A stretch of DNA of 64,000 bases, from contig CAVUCU010000001.1 in the NCBI GenBank assembly GCA_963740085.1, positions 128,001 to 192,000 on the forward strand. The letters are read 5' to 3'. A program made the position numbers and the translations under genes. Under the pieces are notes generated by a model that was not told the origin of the DNA, did no database searches, and saw only the letters and a list, made by a program, of their open reading frames with translations. The stretch is from Nitrospirota bacterium. GTDB taxonomy: Bacteria > Nitrospirota > UBA9217. Every line of letters starts with the position of its first letter. The first letter of the stretch is position 1. This document shows positions 1-9,700 of this stretch, in pieces.

Positions 1-1171
1 TATCAGGATCCTGCCGCAGGATGGACCGGAGGGCCGCAGGGAACGTCATATTCGTGGCCTCGTTCACGCCCACCTGGGTTATTCCCGGGATGCGGTATTC
101 GACGGGGTCTTCGATCGTGAAGATACTTTCCGCCTCTGTTCTCAACTGCTGCAGAAGGCTGTAGAGCGTGGTCGTCTTTCCGCTCCCGGTGGGACCGGTA
201 ACAAGTATCATCCCCTGCGGCTGGCTTGCAAGCTGAATGAGCGGATGGAGAATGTGCTCCGGGACACCGAGCTTGCTGAGCGGGATCAGGCCGGACGAGT
301 GGTCCAGCAGGCGGATGACGACGTTCTCCCCATGCACTGAAGGCAGGGTGGATATCCTGAGGTCGATGTTCCTGTTGTCGATCCTCAGGGTGCTCCTGCC
401 GTCCTGCGAAGTGCGCCGGTTGGTGATATCGAGATTCGAGATGATCTTGATCCTCGATATCACGGAATCCTGTATCCTTTTCGGATACTTGAGCACGCTC
501 CGCAGGTCCCCGTCCACCCGGTACCGCACCTGTATGTACTGTTCCTGCGGCTCAATGTGAATATCGCTTGCCCTGGATTTCACCGCGTCCACAATGACCA
601 TGGTCACGAGTTTAACGATCGGCGGGGCCTCGGAAAGTTTAAAAAGCGACTGCACGTTGACTTCTTTGCCATCCTCCTCGATTTCCTTGAGAAACTCCAC
701 TTCGTCGTATTGAGGGATCTCTTTCAAGAGATCCCATGAACTGTCATCCGAGCCGTAATGCTTTTCGATGGCAGCGACGAGCGCCGTTTCCGTGGAAACC
801 GCCGCCTGGATCTTGAGCCCGGTCCGGAAAGTTATATCATCGATGGTCGACCAGTCCATTGGATCGGCCATGGCGAGCAGGAGCTTGCCGTCTTTCAAAT
901 GGAGGGGCAGCACGATCGCCTTTTCAGCGATATTTTTTGGCACCAGCTCAAGGAGTTTTTCCGATATTTCGAATTCATCACAGTCGACCAGGGGCAGTTT
1001 CTGCTGCTCGGACAGGGCTTCCGCAATCTGAACCTCGGTCGCATACCCCACTTCGATAAGAATTTTGCCGAGCCTCTTATTTTTATTTTTTCTCAAGGTC
1101 AGGGCATTCTCGAGTTGTTCCACGGTGATCAATCCCGAGTCAAGAAGCGCCTCTCCGAGCATTTTTCTCAT
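1..1171 (-). CDS. Type IV pilus/type II secretion ATPase (PilB/GspE family), 3' end outside window
   Basis: Not in the ORF track. Manual minus-strand translation from ATG 1171 gives MRKMLGEALLDSGLITVEQLENAL...KRLGKILIEVGY (MshEN-like repeats), Walker A VTGPTGSGKTTT, TIEDPVEY and LRQDPD. Confidence 0.9.
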   Translation of the reverse strand, partial: MRKMLGEALLDSGLITVEQLENALTLRKNKNKRLGKILIEVGYATEVQIAEALSEQQKLPLVDCDEFEISEKLLELVPKNIAEKAIVLPLHLKDGKLLLAMADPMDWSTIDDITFRTGLKIQAAVSTETALVAAIEKHYGSDDSSWDLLKEIPQYDEVEFLKEIEEDGKEVNVQSLFKLSEAPPIVKLVTMVIVDAVKSRASDIHIEPQEQYIQVRYRVDGDLRSVLKYPKRIQDSVISRIKIISNLDITNRRTSQDGRSTLRIDNRNIDLRISTLPSVHGENVVIRLLDHSSGLIPLSKLGVPEHILHPLIQLASQPQGMILVTGPTGSGKTTTLYSLLQQLRTEAESIFTIEDPVEYRIPGITQVGVNEATNMTFPAALRSILRQDPD

Positions 1172-1308
1172 AGCACTATCCCTTCCGCCATATCCGTGAT
1201 TATCAGCCCTGAAATCAAAGTGTTTTATTATAGCACGGTGCCGCGATATTGATAAAAGTATTCCGTTTTCACTTCGTGTTCTGAACCCGGAACGCCGCCC
1301 CGGAAACC

Positions 1309-2136
1309 CTATTTCAATGGAATGCTCACATCAACCGGCATCCCCGGTTTCAGCTCATCGTTTACGTTCTTCACGCTCACCTTGACACCAAAGACGAGCT
1401 TCACCCGCTCTTCCTTGGTTTGCACGTTTTTTGGCGTAAACTCGGCCTCTGAAGAAATATATGTCACCGTGCCATCATAGACCTTGCCGGGATAGGTATC
1501 GGTCTTTACTTCTGCCCGCTGACCAAGTTTCACGAACCCGAGCCGGTCTTCCTTCACATACACCTTCACCCAGGGGTTTTCAAGATCGCCGATGGTAAAT
1601 ACCATCGTACCAGCCCCGACCGTCTCCCCTTCCTCACTGTTCTTTCTCAGCACAACGCCTTTGAGGGGCGCGTAAATGACCGAATCTCTCAGTTTTACAT
1701 CGGCGGTCCTGAGCGATGCACGGGACAACCGGAGCTGCGCTGCCGCCATATCATAGGCGGACGTTGCGGCATCCATCTGCTGGGACGCTATAACGCCGTC
1801 ATGATACAGCACCGTGAAGCGTTCATGGTCCTTTCGCGCTTTTTCGTACTGGGCTTCGGCGTTCGATACCAGGGCCTTGCTTTGGTTGACCACGCTTACC
1901 AACTCCGCGCTGTCGAGGGCCGCGAGCTTTTCGCCCTTGCTCACTGTCCTGCCCTCATCCGTATACAGGCCCTGGATCCTGCCGGGGTTCTTGAAGCCCA
2001 TATTTACCTCGGTCACCTCGACATTCCCCGACAACATCAATGCCTCATGATCGCGGGATCTCCCGAAACGAAAATACAGTATTACGGCAATGCCGGCGGC
2101 CAGAACGATCCCGGCTATGATCAGTCTTTTTTTCAT
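1309..2136 (-). CDS. HlyD-family efflux periplasmic adaptor (YbhG-like)
   Basis: N-terminal TM helix, lipoyl-like halves, coiled coil, and the AEFTPKNVQTKEERVKLVF and LKPGMP motifs. Confidence 0.9.
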   Translation of the reverse strand: MKKRLIIAGIVLAAGIAVILYFRFGRSRDHEALMLSGNVEVTEVNMGFKNPGRIQGLYTDEGRTVSKGEKLAALDSAELVSVVNQSKALVSNAEAQYEKARKDHERFTVLYHDGVIASQQMDAATSAYDMAAAQLRLSRASLRTADVKLRDSVIYAPLKGVVLRKNSEEGETVGAGTMVFTIGDLENPWVKVYVKEDRLGFVKLGQRAEVKTDTYPGKVYDGTVTYISSEAEFTPKNVQTKEERVKLVFGVKVSVKNVNDELKPGMPVDVSIPLK

Positions 2137-2234
2137 GTACGCTTCCCCTTTCAGGATAAATCAAGCTACATTATAGCAGGGAAACATAATTTTTAAAATC
2201 GGATATATTATTTATACTCTTGATGGTTAACCGG

Positions 2235-2260
2235 ATACCTGCCGGCGTGTCGGCAGGTAT
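2235..2260. repeat. Palindromic hairpin between divergent genes
   Basis: ATACCTGCCG-GCGTGT-CGGCAGGTAT, a perfect 10-bp stem. Confidence 0.5.
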
Positions 2261-2322
2261 GCATGTGAGCTGATCAAACTGAATTCCATTGCATCATCAG
2301 GGGGGAATAACTATAATAACGT

Positions 2323-2907
2323 ATGCCTAAAAGGAACATGCGAAGAAACATCATCGGCACACGGATCATCCGGCGTCTGGCCGCCTTCATTGTTGTGCTC
2401 ACTGCTTCATCACTCCTCTGGCATTGTCAGGCGTTTTCCAATTCCCCGGAATTGAAAGTCCATGTTATCAAGGTGCACGACGGCGATACGGTTACGCTCA
2501 TGATAAACGGGAGAATGCGAAAGACGCGACTCATCGGCATCGACGCGCCGGAGATGAACCAGCGTCCCTGGGGAAGACAGGCCAAGGAACATATGATTGA
2601 TATCCTTAACCATAGTGACTGGACAGTGACCATGGAGACGGACGTGGTGACAACGGATAAGTACGGCAGGACCCTTGTCTATCTCTGGACAAAAAATAAG
2701 GAATTTATTAATGAACAGATGATACGGGACGGCTATGCGGTCCTGTTCACGATAAATCCGAACAACAAATACGCCGATCGATTTAAGATGGCGGAACAGT
2801 ATGCACGGGGCGGGAAAATTGGCATCTGGGGGCCGAACGGCTTGAAGGAAAAACCGATAGCGTATAGAATAAAGCACCCGAGAAAGCATTATGATTTAAC
2901 AAGGTAG
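2323..2907 (+). CDS. Thermonuclease (SNase-family) exported nuclease
   Basis: DGDT, RLIGIDAPE, DKYGRTLVY and A...KIGIW motifs; signal-like N-terminus. Confidence 0.9.
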   Translation: MPKRNMRRNIIGTRIIRRLAAFIVVLTASSLLWHCQAFSNSPELKVHVIKVHDGDTVTLMINGRMRKTRLIGIDAPEMNQRPWGRQAKEHMIDILNHSDWTVTMETDVVTTDKYGRTLVYLWTKNKEFINEQMIRDGYAVLFTINPNNKYADRFKMAEQYARGGKIGIWGPNGLKEKPIAYRIKHPRKHYDLTR

Positions 2908-2925
2908 GATCTAATAGAGCGTACG

Positions 2926-3297
2926 GGGGCAGACTTTAAAATTTGGATTATTGACGCCTCTTTGGATATTTATTATCCTCTGACATGCTCGAAATCCTCG
3001 GTTTGAATACGAAGCCGACGTTTACCATGTAATCACTCGCCGCAACCAGAAAGACCCCGGAGATTACCGTAAATTTCTCGATATCCTGGCCTCATTCAAG
3101 CAGCCCTACCACTTTCACCTTTATGCCGGCATTCTCATGTCAAACCATATTCATCTCCTTGGAGAAACTTAGGATAAAGACAGCGCTCACGAGCAGTAAC
3201 CGGATATCCTCAGAGCGGTCAGAAAGCTCGAAAGAATGAGATGGAGAGGTCTCATCATTGAAAAAGATATAAGCATCTCTATCTTTAAGTCTGACCC
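2926..3297 (+). mobile_element. Decayed REP-associated tyrosine transposase element (RAYT / IS200-like Y1) bounded by inverted repeats
   Basis: Left arm GGGGCAGACTTTAAA (2926-2940), right arm TTTAAGTCTGACCC (3284-3297), with a transposase fragment inside. Confidence 0.65.
2985..3172 (+). pseudogene. RAYT/Y1 transposase N-terminal fragment
   Basis: Restoring one base after the ATG gives M(A)RNPRFEYEADVYHVITRRNQKDPGDYRKFLDILASFKQPYHFHLYAGILMSNHIHLLGET*. It has the YHVxxR motif and the HUH motif MSNHIHLL; the catalytic Tyr region is absent. Confidence 0.8.
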
Positions 3298-3354
3298 TGC
3301 TCGCTCTCTATACGCCTCCTGCCAAGGGAGGCAAGGTGAGAGTTCCTCGCGCAC

Positions 3355-3387
3355 AAAAAAAAAGGGCCTGTGAAATCACAGGCCCTT
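3355..3387 (-). terminator. Rho-independent terminator of the cytochrome genes
   Basis: AAGGGCCTGTGA-AA-TCACAGGCCCTT with a 9-A run on the left (U-tract on the minus strand). Confidence 0.85.
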
Positions 3388-3408
3388 CAATCGCGAACGG
3401 TGGGAATA

Positions 3409-4272
3409 TTATCTTCTGCTCCTTGATTTCCCCTTCGGTTTTTCATGTAACGCTTTTTTTGGAGCTTCCTGTACGGACGTCACGGTCCAATTATTCAGGT
3501 CATGGGCTATGTTGTGGCACTCGCCGCACTTCGGGAACTTGGCCATGATGCCGGTGGGATGGGGCGAACCATGGCAATCCTGGCATTTGGGCACCATCTT
3601 ATGCTTTTCTTGATGGCAAAATGCACATGCCAGGGCCGCATGCTTGGTCTTGCTGGCGCTGAGGAGGTTGAGGACCTTGCTATGGCACGCTCCGCAGTCC
3701 TTTGACGGGGTGTCGGCAGCATAGGTCACAACCGTCGGCATATGCGGTTTGTGGCATTTTTTACAGTCCGCGGCGACCATTTCAGCAGAGTGCGGCTGGT
3801 GACACTGGGTGCACTGCGGGATCTTGCGGTGAACGTCGTGGCATTTGGAACAGTCTAAGGCAGAATGCTTGCTCTTGTATTTCCTGAGCTGCTCGATCTG
3901 CGGTGTGTGACAGGTGAGGCAAGCGTCAGTAATGTTCGGCGTAAACGAAATTTTCAATGGTGTATGGGGGTTCTTATGACAGGTGAGGCAGCCCTTGAGC
4001 TCGAAGTGAGGCTTCCCCATATGGCAGTCGCTGCACTGCGGAATGGGCTTCTTCACGGACGGCGGATGACCCACATGGCAGCCCGTACAGCCTACTTCCT
4101 TGTGCTTCCCTCCGGCGTCCTTCAAATCAGCTGGAGGAGCAGTATGACATTTCACACAGTCTTCGTCTGTCAGAGTGACCTGCTGCTGTGCCCGTGCAAC
4201 GCCTGAGCCGAAAAGAATCAGAGTGACCAGGAAAAATACACCAGTGATAGTGCTGTCTTTCAATGCTTTCAT
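3409..4272 (-). CDS. Periplasmic multiheme cytochrome c, 12 CxxCH motifs
   Basis: CVKCH, CTGCH, CSDCH, CLTCH, CLTCH, CSKCH, CTQCH, CKKCH, CGACH, CAFCH, CQDCH, CGECH. Signal peptide ends in ARA; start chosen at MKALKD. Confidence 0.9.
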   Translation of the reverse strand: MKALKDSTITGVFFLVTLILFGSGVARAQQQVTLTDEDCVKCHTAPPADLKDAGGKHKEVGCTGCHVGHPPSVKKPIPQCSDCHMGKPHFELKGCLTCHKNPHTPLKISFTPNITDACLTCHTPQIEQLRKYKSKHSALDCSKCHDVHRKIPQCTQCHQPHSAEMVAADCKKCHKPHMPTVVTYAADTPSKDCGACHSKVLNLLSASKTKHAALACAFCHQEKHKMVPKCQDCHGSPHPTGIMAKFPKCGECHNIAHDLNNWTVTSVQEAPKKALHEKPKGKSRSRR

Positions 4273-4460
4273 CTTTGCCTCCGTATGAATTATTTTGAAG
4301 CACCGCATTCCCTGGAGAAGCAGTGTTATGGTAATTTGGGATACAGCACATCTGCGTCAATCCGATGAGGACCGTCCGATAGTGTCCCAGACACCGTCAA
4401 TAATGTAAAGAGACCGATTTGAGCAGGCAGTTTCTTCCGAGGTGACAGAAGCTTCTATTT

Positions 4461-5321
4461 CTACTCCCGCTTCTTCGATGCCTCTCCCGCCACATCCATG
4501 GTCGATGTCTTAGGCCAGTTGTTCAAATCATGAGCGTTGTTATGGCACATGTCGCATTCCGGATATTTTACCAAAATGCCCTTCGGATGAGGCGTCCCGT
4601 GACAGTCCGAACAGGCCGGTTTAAATTTATGCATTAACTTGTGGCATCCCACGCATGCCAGATTCCCGTGCTTTGATGTAGTGGCGCTGAGGAGGTTTGC
4701 CGGTCTCTTGTGGCATAAGCCGCAGTCTTTTGAACGCATGTCGGAAGAAAAAGCCGTAACCCGCGGCATATGCGCCTTGTGGCATTTTTTGCAATCGGCG
4801 GCTGTCATTCCATCCCAGTGCGGCTGGTGACACTGAGTGCACTGCGGGATCTTGCGGTGGACGTCGTGGCACCGGGAACAGTCAAGGGCTGAATGCTTGC
4901 TCTTATATTCGCTGAGCATCCAACTCTCCGGTCCGTGGCATATAAGGCAGGCATCTTTACCGGCCCCTTTCAATGATATGTTCAAAGGTCTGTGGGGGTT
5001 CGTGTGACACCTGAGGCAACTTGGCATTTCCCCATCAAAATGGTGATTCGTTGACTTCAAATGACACTTACCACACAGCGGGATCGGTTTTGCCACGCTC
5101 GGCGGATGACCTTCATGGCATCCGGAGCAAGAGACGCTCATATGTGCCCCTCCGGCCGCCGCTATATCATTCACTTGTCTTGGATGACATTTCACACAGT
5201 CTGCGTTGAGCAGAACGGCGTTCTCCTGGGAAAACGCAATGTCTGAGCAAATCAGCAAAATACATATCCCCAGGGCCATAAATACCTTGATCGCCAGACT
5301 TCTGCATTTTGCCGTGTTCAT
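4461..5321 (-). CDS. Periplasmic multiheme cytochrome c, 12 CxxCH motifs (paralog of the adjacent gene)
   Basis: Twelve CxxCH motifs with the same spacing; shares YKSKHSALDCSxCHDVHRKIPQCTQCHQPH with the neighbour. Start uncertain (5321 or 5339). Confidence 0.88.
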   Translation of the reverse strand: MNTAKCRSLAIKVFMALGICILLICSDIAFSQENAVLLNADCVKCHPRQVNDIAAAGGAHMSVSCSGCHEGHPPSVAKPIPLCGKCHLKSTNHHFDGEMPSCLRCHTNPHRPLNISLKGAGKDACLICHGPESWMLSEYKSKHSALDCSRCHDVHRKIPQCTQCHQPHWDGMTAADCKKCHKAHMPRVTAFSSDMRSKDCGLCHKRPANLLSATTSKHGNLACVGCHKLMHKFKPACSDCHGTPHPKGILVKYPECDMCHNNAHDLNNWPKTSTMDVAGEASKKRE

Positions 5322-5843
5322 CGTTTTATATTTACCCATAACACCGATGAGCAGGGTCCCTTCTCCCCCTATCTTCATCTTCATTACACCAGAGAAAACA
5401 ATAAATTTACCGCTGACCGAAATTGCCGAAGTATGCCACAGTTCTCCGAAACAGTCAACGGACAAAACGATATTTTTGTCAGGCATAATCGGTCTGGCAA
5501 TATAATGGACATGCGGACATGCGGGCAGCTCTTTTGTCATCCTTGACCTGCCACCTGTCGCAGCCGTTTATAGTAAAGGCGGTCGTCGTCTTGCCGAAAC
5601 AGTCCGAAGAAACCCCCTTATTTTTCGCTCAGGGAGGATATACGCTGAAGAATTTTTGAAGATCATCTCGAAATTAACTATACTGCGGCAAGCAGAGCTA
5701 TCCACAATTACAGGAAAAAGTAATTTCTCCCGGGGTAGAATCCCGAATGTTGAGAAAGATAGCCAAGATTATATATTTGCTAAGCTGATTTCAGCTAGCG
5801 CGTACACATAGACGCGCCATGCGACGCGTGACGTACGCGTTCG

Positions 5844-7274
5844 CTACCCCTTCACACAGGCGATTGGCTTGACCCGCGCCACCTTCCTTGCGAGATGCGC
5901 ATGATGCGACGCGTCCACTACTTCCGTCACGTCCTTATACGACCCCGGCGCCTCTTCGGCAATTCCCGAATAGGAATGGCCCCGCACCATCACTCCCTGT
6001 ACCTCCAGTGATTGCACAACCTCCCTGCCGTGCCACTTCTTTTTGGCCTGCGTGCGCGACATGGCCCTGCCTGCGCCGTGGCAGGCTGAACCAAAGGCCT
6101 GGGTCATTCCCGCTTCCGTACCCACGAGGATATAGGATGAGGTCCCCATGGTGCCGCCGATCAGAACAGGCTGACCGATATGCCGATACTTCTGCGGAAG
6201 ATCGATCTGTCCGGGCCCGAAGGAGCGGGTAGCGCCTTTGCGGTGCACAAAGAGCTTTTTCTTCTTCCCGTTGACGATATGAGTCTCCACTTTGCACGTA
6301 TTATGACTGGTATCGTAGAGCATCTTGATATGCCCTTCAGGAAAGACATCGCTAAAGATCTCGCGCACCAGGTGCGTGATGATCTGACGGTTCGCCAGTG
6401 CGCAATTGATCCCGGCTGACATGGCCCCGAAATACTTCTGCCCTTCAGGAGAGTTGATCGGCGCGCAGGCCAGTTCCCGGTCCCTGATCGCTATTTTGTA
6501 TTTCTGCAGCGTGAAGGCGAGGGTCTTCAGATAATCCGTCCCGATCTGGTGACCGAGGCCGCGCGAACCGCAATGGACGGATATAACGACATCGCCCTTC
6601 GTCAGTCCCATGGCAAGGGAGGCCTGTTCATCGTACAGGTCCTCAACAACCTGCACCTCGAGGTAATGGTTGCCCGCGCCGAGCGTGCCCATTTCACGAT
6701 ACTGCCGCTTCTTTGCCGTGTCGGAAACGCAATCCGGGTCTGCACCGTCAACCCGGCCGTGCTCCTCGATATAGTCGAGGTCATCTTTGGTCCCATACCC
6801 GTTCTGTACGGCCCATACAGCGCCGCCCACGAGCATTTCGTCGAGTCGTGAAGAAGAGAGCTTGATGAGCCCTTCGGAGCCGACGCCTGCAGGCACGCGG
6901 CTGTAAAGCTGATCAGCGAGCCTCCTGAGACGCGGCATGACCTCTTCCCTGGTCAAGCCCGTCTTCATGGTGCGCACACCGCAGGAGATGTCGAATCCCA
7001 CGCCGCCCATGGAGATGATGCCGCCTTCGTCGGGGTCAAAGGCCGCTACCCCGCCGATGGGGAAGCCGTATCCCCAGTGCGCGTCCGGCATGGCCATCGA
7101 CGCGGCCTGTATCCCCGGCAGCATGGCCACGTTCGTCACCTGCTCGCGGACCTTCTCATCCATTTCCTGAAGCAGCTTTTCGCTGGCAAAGATCCTGCCG
7201 GGCACGCGCATTTCCCCCTGCCGCGGGATCTCCCAGAGATAGTCGTTGATCTTGTTCAGTGATTTCGTATCCAT
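5844..7274 (-). CDS. rtcB: RNA ligase RtcB
   Basis: MPDAHWGYGFPIGGV, GFDISCG, GNHYLE, HCGSRG, HRKGAT, HGAGR and EEAPGSYK motifs. Confidence 0.97.
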   Translation of the reverse strand: MDTKSLNKINDYLWEIPRQGEMRVPGRIFASEKLLQEMDEKVREQVTNVAMLPGIQAASMAMPDAHWGYGFPIGGVAAFDPDEGGIISMGGVGFDISCGVRTMKTGLTREEVMPRLRRLADQLYSRVPAGVGSEGLIKLSSSRLDEMLVGGAVWAVQNGYGTKDDLDYIEEHGRVDGADPDCVSDTAKKRQYREMGTLGAGNHYLEVQVVEDLYDEQASLAMGLTKGDVVISVHCGSRGLGHQIGTDYLKTLAFTLQKYKIAIRDRELACAPINSPEGQKYFGAMSAGINCALANRQIITHLVREIFSDVFPEGHIKMLYDTSHNTCKVETHIVNGKKKKLFVHRKGATRSFGPGQIDLPQKYRHIGQPVLIGGTMGTSSYILVGTEAGMTQAFGSACHGAGRAMSRTQAKKKWHGREVVQSLEVQGVMVRGHSYSGIAEEAPGSYKDVTEVVDASHHAHLARKVARVKPIACVKG

Positions 7275-7989
7275 ACCGTCCCCTGCCTGTTACTCTGAAA
7301 ATTCATCCACAATTCACTTTGCAAATTCCCAAGCCCAAATACCAAACAATATTCACGATCCTATTTTTTTTCTGCGCCCCAGTTCACAGCTCCGCGCAGG
7401 GCATGATTGGCGATACTGATAACAAGCCGTTTCGAGCATCGCATCACTTCCCCTCGCCCGGGGAACAGGCTCGGTCATGTCTGCCTGGCCTTGTAGCAGC
7501 ATCGGCCTTTTTTACCTTGGCATGCGCTTGTGCGCGAACCTGTTCATGGGATGCAGGGGCTTCTGGAAAGGAAAGGCAAGGCAAAGCTATTGAGTCTTTC
7601 ACTAAACCAAGTAGAGGTTAATTCTCCACTTGGTGGCTAAGGCCTTGATTTTGCCGTTCCCCTGCGCCGGGTAGCTCTGAGCGAAAGCCGCGCAAAGCAA
7701 TGCTGCACAGATCGTAGTTGCGAGAACAAGTCAAGGCAGACACGGCCGAGCTCTTTTTAAAGGGCGAGGGTGGAGTGCTGCGAGTCCTGCGTATCAGGGA
7801 AGAGATACTGTACCTGCCCGGCATGCTGCGCGGCCGAGCGATGAGCTGCCCAAAAAAATCGATGCCCATATGGATCAGTGCCAGCTTAGACAACTTTCAG
7901 AGAACGGATTGTTAATGTATTCGTCGCCTATCCCCCTCCTGACTCCTGACCCCCGAATCCTGTCTCCTGACTCTCCTGACTCCTGCTTC

Positions 7990-8405
7990 TCACACATCCA
8001 CCACACACTGCGCAACAAATCGCCCGTCCGCTTCCGCGACCTTAACATATGGTACGTCGCGCCTTTTATCTCGACATTCGGCTCATGCCGTTCATGATCC
8101 AGTTTTTCGCCCCAGGCCGTCCCGCTGAGAGACGTCCCCTCTATATTCACGTTAAACTTTGAGAAGACCATATGTTCGATGTCCGATAACGACAGGAGCG
8201 CATTCAACCATTCGACGAGAAGGAGTTCATGGTCCGGAGCGGAGACTGTTACGCTTCTCTTCTCTTTGGCTTCAACGGTATCCACATTCACCATCACGGA
8301 AAACAGCGCGACTGCCGCGGTGTTTTCAAAGGCCTCTGCCTCTGTTTTTCCGAACCCGCGAATGCCGATGTCCGCTTCGTGTTCAAAGGTTTCGTATTGT
8401 TTCAA
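7990..8405 (-). CDS. Archease, with an apparent 1-bp frameshift near 8043
   Basis: HEADIGIRGFG...WLNALL...EIKGATYHML; the canonical ending VAEADGRFVAQCVVDV* follows in another frame, with stop at 7990-7992. Confidence 0.9.
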
Positions 8406-8457
8406 TAATTTTTGTTCTCCCGCGTCCGTCGTCCCTCGTCACTCGTCTCTCATCCCT

Positions 8458-9477
8458 TTATCTCCACACCCCGTCGATCTTCGCCCCGCAGTATTCACAT
8501 TGTCCGCTGTTTACGCGATTTTCCAGGACGCTGAAGCCGATCCGCTTAACGAGCGTCTTCCGACAGCTCCAGCAGAGGGTGTCCTCCCCTTCACCCGGGA
8601 TATTGCCTTCATAGACATAGCGGAGTCCCGCGTCAAAACCGATCCGGCGCGCACGCTTGAGGGTATCAAGCGGCGTGACAGGCTGGTCCATCAGCTTATA
8701 TGTGGGATGGAACCGTGAAACGTGCCAGGGAATATTCTCATCGACGGATTTGATGAACTGCGCTATCTTCTTGAGTTCGTCATCCGAGTCATTATGCCCG
8801 GGGATGACGAGGGTTGTGATCTCGATCCAGATGCCGAGTTCCCGATAGAGCCTGATCGAGTCAAGCACCGGCTGAAGCCGCGCTCCGCAGACCTTTTTGT
8901 AAAAATCATCGGTATATCCCTTGAGATCGATATTTGCCGCATGAAGATACGGTTTGATCACCTTGAGCGCCTCGGGAGTGGTGTAGCCATTCGATACGAA
9001 CACGTTCCTGAGCCCCGCGTCAACGGCGAGGCGCGCCGCATCATAGGCAAGCTCAAAATAGATCGTTGGTTCGGTATAGGTATACGAGATGCTCTTACAG
9101 CCGTTCTTGAGCGCGGCTTCGACGATCTGAGAAGGGGACATCTCCTCACCCGGGACCGTTCCGTCCCGGTCACGCGGAAGTTGGGAGATATCAGCGTTCT
9201 GGCAGTGCATGCAATGGAAGTTGCAGCCGGCGGTCGCGATGGAGAACGACAGGCTGCCGGGGAGGAAATGGAAGAGCGGTTTTTTTTCGATAGGATCTAT
9301 GTGCCCGGCGATCACCTTATCATAAACAAGGGTGTACAGGATGCCGTCCCTGTTCTCGCGAACGGCGCAAATGCCGCGTTTGCCCGGCAGGATCAGACAG
9401 CGATGGCTGCACAGACTGCACTGTACCTTCTTTGCTTCTCTCTGCTCCTGGAACATTGCCTGTTTCATCATGCGCAA
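8458..9477 (-). CDS. amrS: AmmeMemoRadiSam system radical SAM enzyme
   Basis: CSLCSHRC...GICAVR, DPIEKKPLFHF, CNFHCMHCQN, YTYTEP, and C-terminal CWSC/CEYC. Confidence 0.93.
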   Translation of the reverse strand: MRMMKQAMFQEQREAKKVQCSLCSHRCLILPGKRGICAVRENRDGILYTLVYDKVIAGHIDPIEKKPLFHFLPGSLSFSIATAGCNFHCMHCQNADISQLPRDRDGTVPGEEMSPSQIVEAALKNGCKSISYTYTEPTIYFELAYDAARLAVDAGLRNVFVSNGYTTPEALKVIKPYLHAANIDLKGYTDDFYKKVCGARLQPVLDSIRLYRELGIWIEITTLVIPGHNDSDDELKKIAQFIKSVDENIPWHVSRFHPTYKLMDQPVTPLDTLKRARRIGFDAGLRYVYEGNIPGEGEDTLCWSCRKTLVKRIGFSVLENRVNSGQCEYCGAKIDGVWR

Positions 9478-9546
9478 CCTCCCTCACCCCGCAGGACGAA
9501 ACCATTTGTGCCCCGGAGACTCGAGGTCAAAAAGTCCGGCGTTCGT

Positions 9547-9620
9547 GTCATTCCGAACGAAGTGAAGAATCTGTCACCGGTGTTGATGAAGAGAAGATTC
9601 CTCCTGTTGGTCGAAATGAC
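9547..9620. repeat. REP-like palindromic element
   Basis: GTCATTCCGAACGAAGTGAAGAATCT ... AGATTCCTCCTGTTGGTCGAAATGAC; the ends and the inner GAATCT/AGATTC are complementary. Confidence 0.6.
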
Positions 9621-9700
9621 GAAACTGTTCTTTTCTGACTTTTACAAGAACTTCATTCGATGTTTTCGCGCGTTTTGACGATAACCTAGTCTGCACATCA

